The notes below the pieces were generated by a model. The model saw only the letters and a program-made list of their open reading frames with translations. It was not told where the DNA came from and made no database searches. Below, piece by piece: positions 60,689-62,391 of a DNA stretch of 62,391 nt. Position numbers and translations under genes: made by a program. Location: IMG/VR virus record IMGVR_UViG_2061766007_001805. One strand, 5' to 3'. The stretch is from an uncultured virus (IMG/VR IMGVR_UViG_2061766007_001805). Lineage: Duplodnaviria; Heunggongvirae; Uroviricota; Caudoviricetes. The stretch's first letter is position 1; each line of letters begins with the position of its first letter.

Positions 60689-61585
60689 TCAGGTTTTGGG
60701 GAATGGTTTTTCATTCAATGATATGCTAAACACCCTACACTGAGTTATGTATTCCTTAGCATCATCATTGTTCCATGTAATATGATGCTTTTTTAGCTAT
60801 TCTGCCGGATAAATGCATTCGAACAGTGCAGGCAGTATGGTAAAGACATGTGTGTTTAGTTTTTCGAAGAATTCTTTTCTCACCATTGTTTTTTCCGGAA
60901 AGAATAACTGGACTATCTTGAGTATCATCTTGATTCTCTCTCTGGTCACAAGCAAATCGGTTCTTTTCAGAGAATCAGGGTTCGGCAGGAACACTCCCCA
61001 GTATTTCTGGTTTGATGACTTTATCTGTTTGAGATTCCATATATGGAAGCAGTAGTCTTCAGAGTTGCTGTTGTTGTTCCATATGGTTTTAACGATTCTG
61101 CCTACAAACTTGCATTCCGATACATATGAGCGAATATCCGGCAAGTTCAGGAATATGATGATGTCGATTTCATAGTACAGTCCGCGCTTACATTCTTCCA
61201 TAGAATCATACTATGTAATCAGCTTGTATCCGTGGTAGTCGAAGAATTTGCACGATCTGAACTTAAACAGCAAGTTATCTTGGGTTTCGTCGATACTGCA
61301 CATCAGCACCGGCTCCGAGTATTCCATCCCGTATGTGTCGAACATATACTGGAGTTTCTTAATCATCTGCGGTATGCCGTGGATGCCCGGTGGTTCATTA
61401 AAGTCCTGAGTTTTGAAAAAATGCTCGATACATATGCAGGTACTATACTTGGACTGCATATCCGCATACATCTGCTCCGGACTGGAATATTCATTGTCAG
61501 ATAAAGCTGTATAGATATTATCGGATGTCTGAATGTCATCATCAGTCAGTTTCAAATCATCAAAGTAGTCTTCTTTTAATAACAT
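60689..61585 (-). CDS. MILNE-family paralog, ~298 aa (code 15)
   Basis: TAGs at 61211 and 60797; TGA at 60689. Confidence 0.8.
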
Positions 61586-61812
61586 CTGCATATGGATAAA
61601 GTAGTTTAATTATTTATTCTATAATGAAACAATGTATGAATCTATTGGATTACCATTGTGTATAGTTCCGTATGTTTGCAATCCGGACTGCCGGATAATC
61701 CAGTAACTACCTTTCAGGTTAAAAAACTGCAGTTTATCACGGAAGAATGAAATACCATAGAGTATCTGATTGGTATCTGTTCAGTATCTCTTCAGTATCT
61801 GAGTGGTTAGAA

Positions 61813-61972
61813 TTGTTAAAGTTTCCTAATAATTCAACAAAAATTTTGTGGTTTGGAAAAAATCATATACCTTTGCACTCAGTATCATTTTTGTATAATA
61901 ATTACATTATTTTAGGTTTTTTGTTCTTCATGATAGAATAGCACTCTTGCGTGAGCAACGGTGCTATTTTTT
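61813..61972 (+). ncRNA. Small-RNA-like cassette (same family as 16209-16682)
   Basis: TACCTTTG at 61868; hairpin 61939-61972. Confidence 0.55.
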
Positions 61973-62391
61973 ATATTGGATTACCAGACATCATCTATTA
62001 ATACACACATCAGCAATAAGCAGTTTTAAGACATTATTTTCAATAGAGACTGACAACTATACTAATCTCATATAAAAACTCAACAGAGATTGATTCTGAG
62101 TAGAAACACGGCTTATCAACAGTTATCATCCGGACATATGTATGGCTATGTAGTGTGTGCATATGCGGATGCATATACGTACATATGTGTTATTATTATA
62201 TGGAATTTCAACACAAGTATCAGAAACAGGAAATTTCAAAAAATTTTCATTCAGTAAATATCTGGAATATAATAATTTACGGAAAGAAAAATAAAAAAAT
62301 TTGAAAAAATCTCTGAAAATTTAAAACTAAACAAAAATCTTTGAGTATAATAAATAGATAGGATATTAAGATTATTAGGTTTAAATTAGTC

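Larger units (their letters stand above)
3900..61750. repeat. Dispersed cassette-boundary motif set: CAGGTTAAAAAACAGCAGTTTAT..CGGAT; (G)GTAGTCCAACATCAT; palindrome TTGTTCTG(C/T)AG(C/T)(A/G)AAACAA; TTTGGACTGCCAGACATCATCT
   Basis: Recur in conserved order in most intergenic spacers, e.g. 4908-5075, 17355-17510, 20845-21000, 26845-27010, 32925-33050. Confidence 0.85.

Noticed and set aside
4058..61585. Mass pseudogenisation of the paralogs
   Set aside because: The breaks are in-frame TAGs without frameshifts, and several align with Gln codons. Recoding explains them.
4058..61585. Diversity-generating retroelement as the source of variation
   Set aside because: No reverse transcriptase in the window, and differences between near-duplicates are not adenine-specific
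661..61941. Many 60-300 aa ORFs antisense or out of frame to real genes (e.g. 1503-2426, 14092-14451, 21880-22248, 37022-37423)
   Set aside because: Shadow ORFs with no motifs, overlapping better-supported genes or repeats
1..62391. Suppressor tRNA, integrase or cas genes
   Set aside because: No cloverleaf, recombinase motifs or Cas-sized ORF recognised in this window

Overview
AT-rich DNA that reads as part of a large Bacteroidetes (Prevotella-type) phage using genetic code 15 (TAG=Gln). A Lak-like megaphage is an inference. Reading through TAG joins nearly all broken ORFs into full genes that end in TAA or TGA. Most of the window is an expansion of one uncharacterised ~210-300 aa protein family: 47 near-full copies (one divergent) and 3 remnants. 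Almost all copies start with M-x-[LI]-x-E-[DN]-YF plus an acidic leader and sit in cassettes built from a shared set of intergenic motifs. Four CRISPR arrays with no cas genes (44 repeats, 40 spacers by my count) lie among these genes. Their repeats carry the Cas12a (type V-A) handle ATTTCTAC...GTAGAT, and about a third have an extra hairpin inserted in the handle loop. Each array has a conserved, apparently structured leader, and each ends with its last repeat overlapping the 3' end of a convergent gene. Also present: a TnpB gene bounded by 24-bp terminal inverted repeats, a 213-bp MITE of the same element with an 8-bp target duplication, two families of promoter/variable-segment/hairpin small-RNA-like cassettes, an orphan C5 DNA methyltransferase, a NERD-domain protein, and a ~1100 aa NUMOD4/HNH-like/NUMOD1 protein. 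All coordinates were read by eye and no searches were run.
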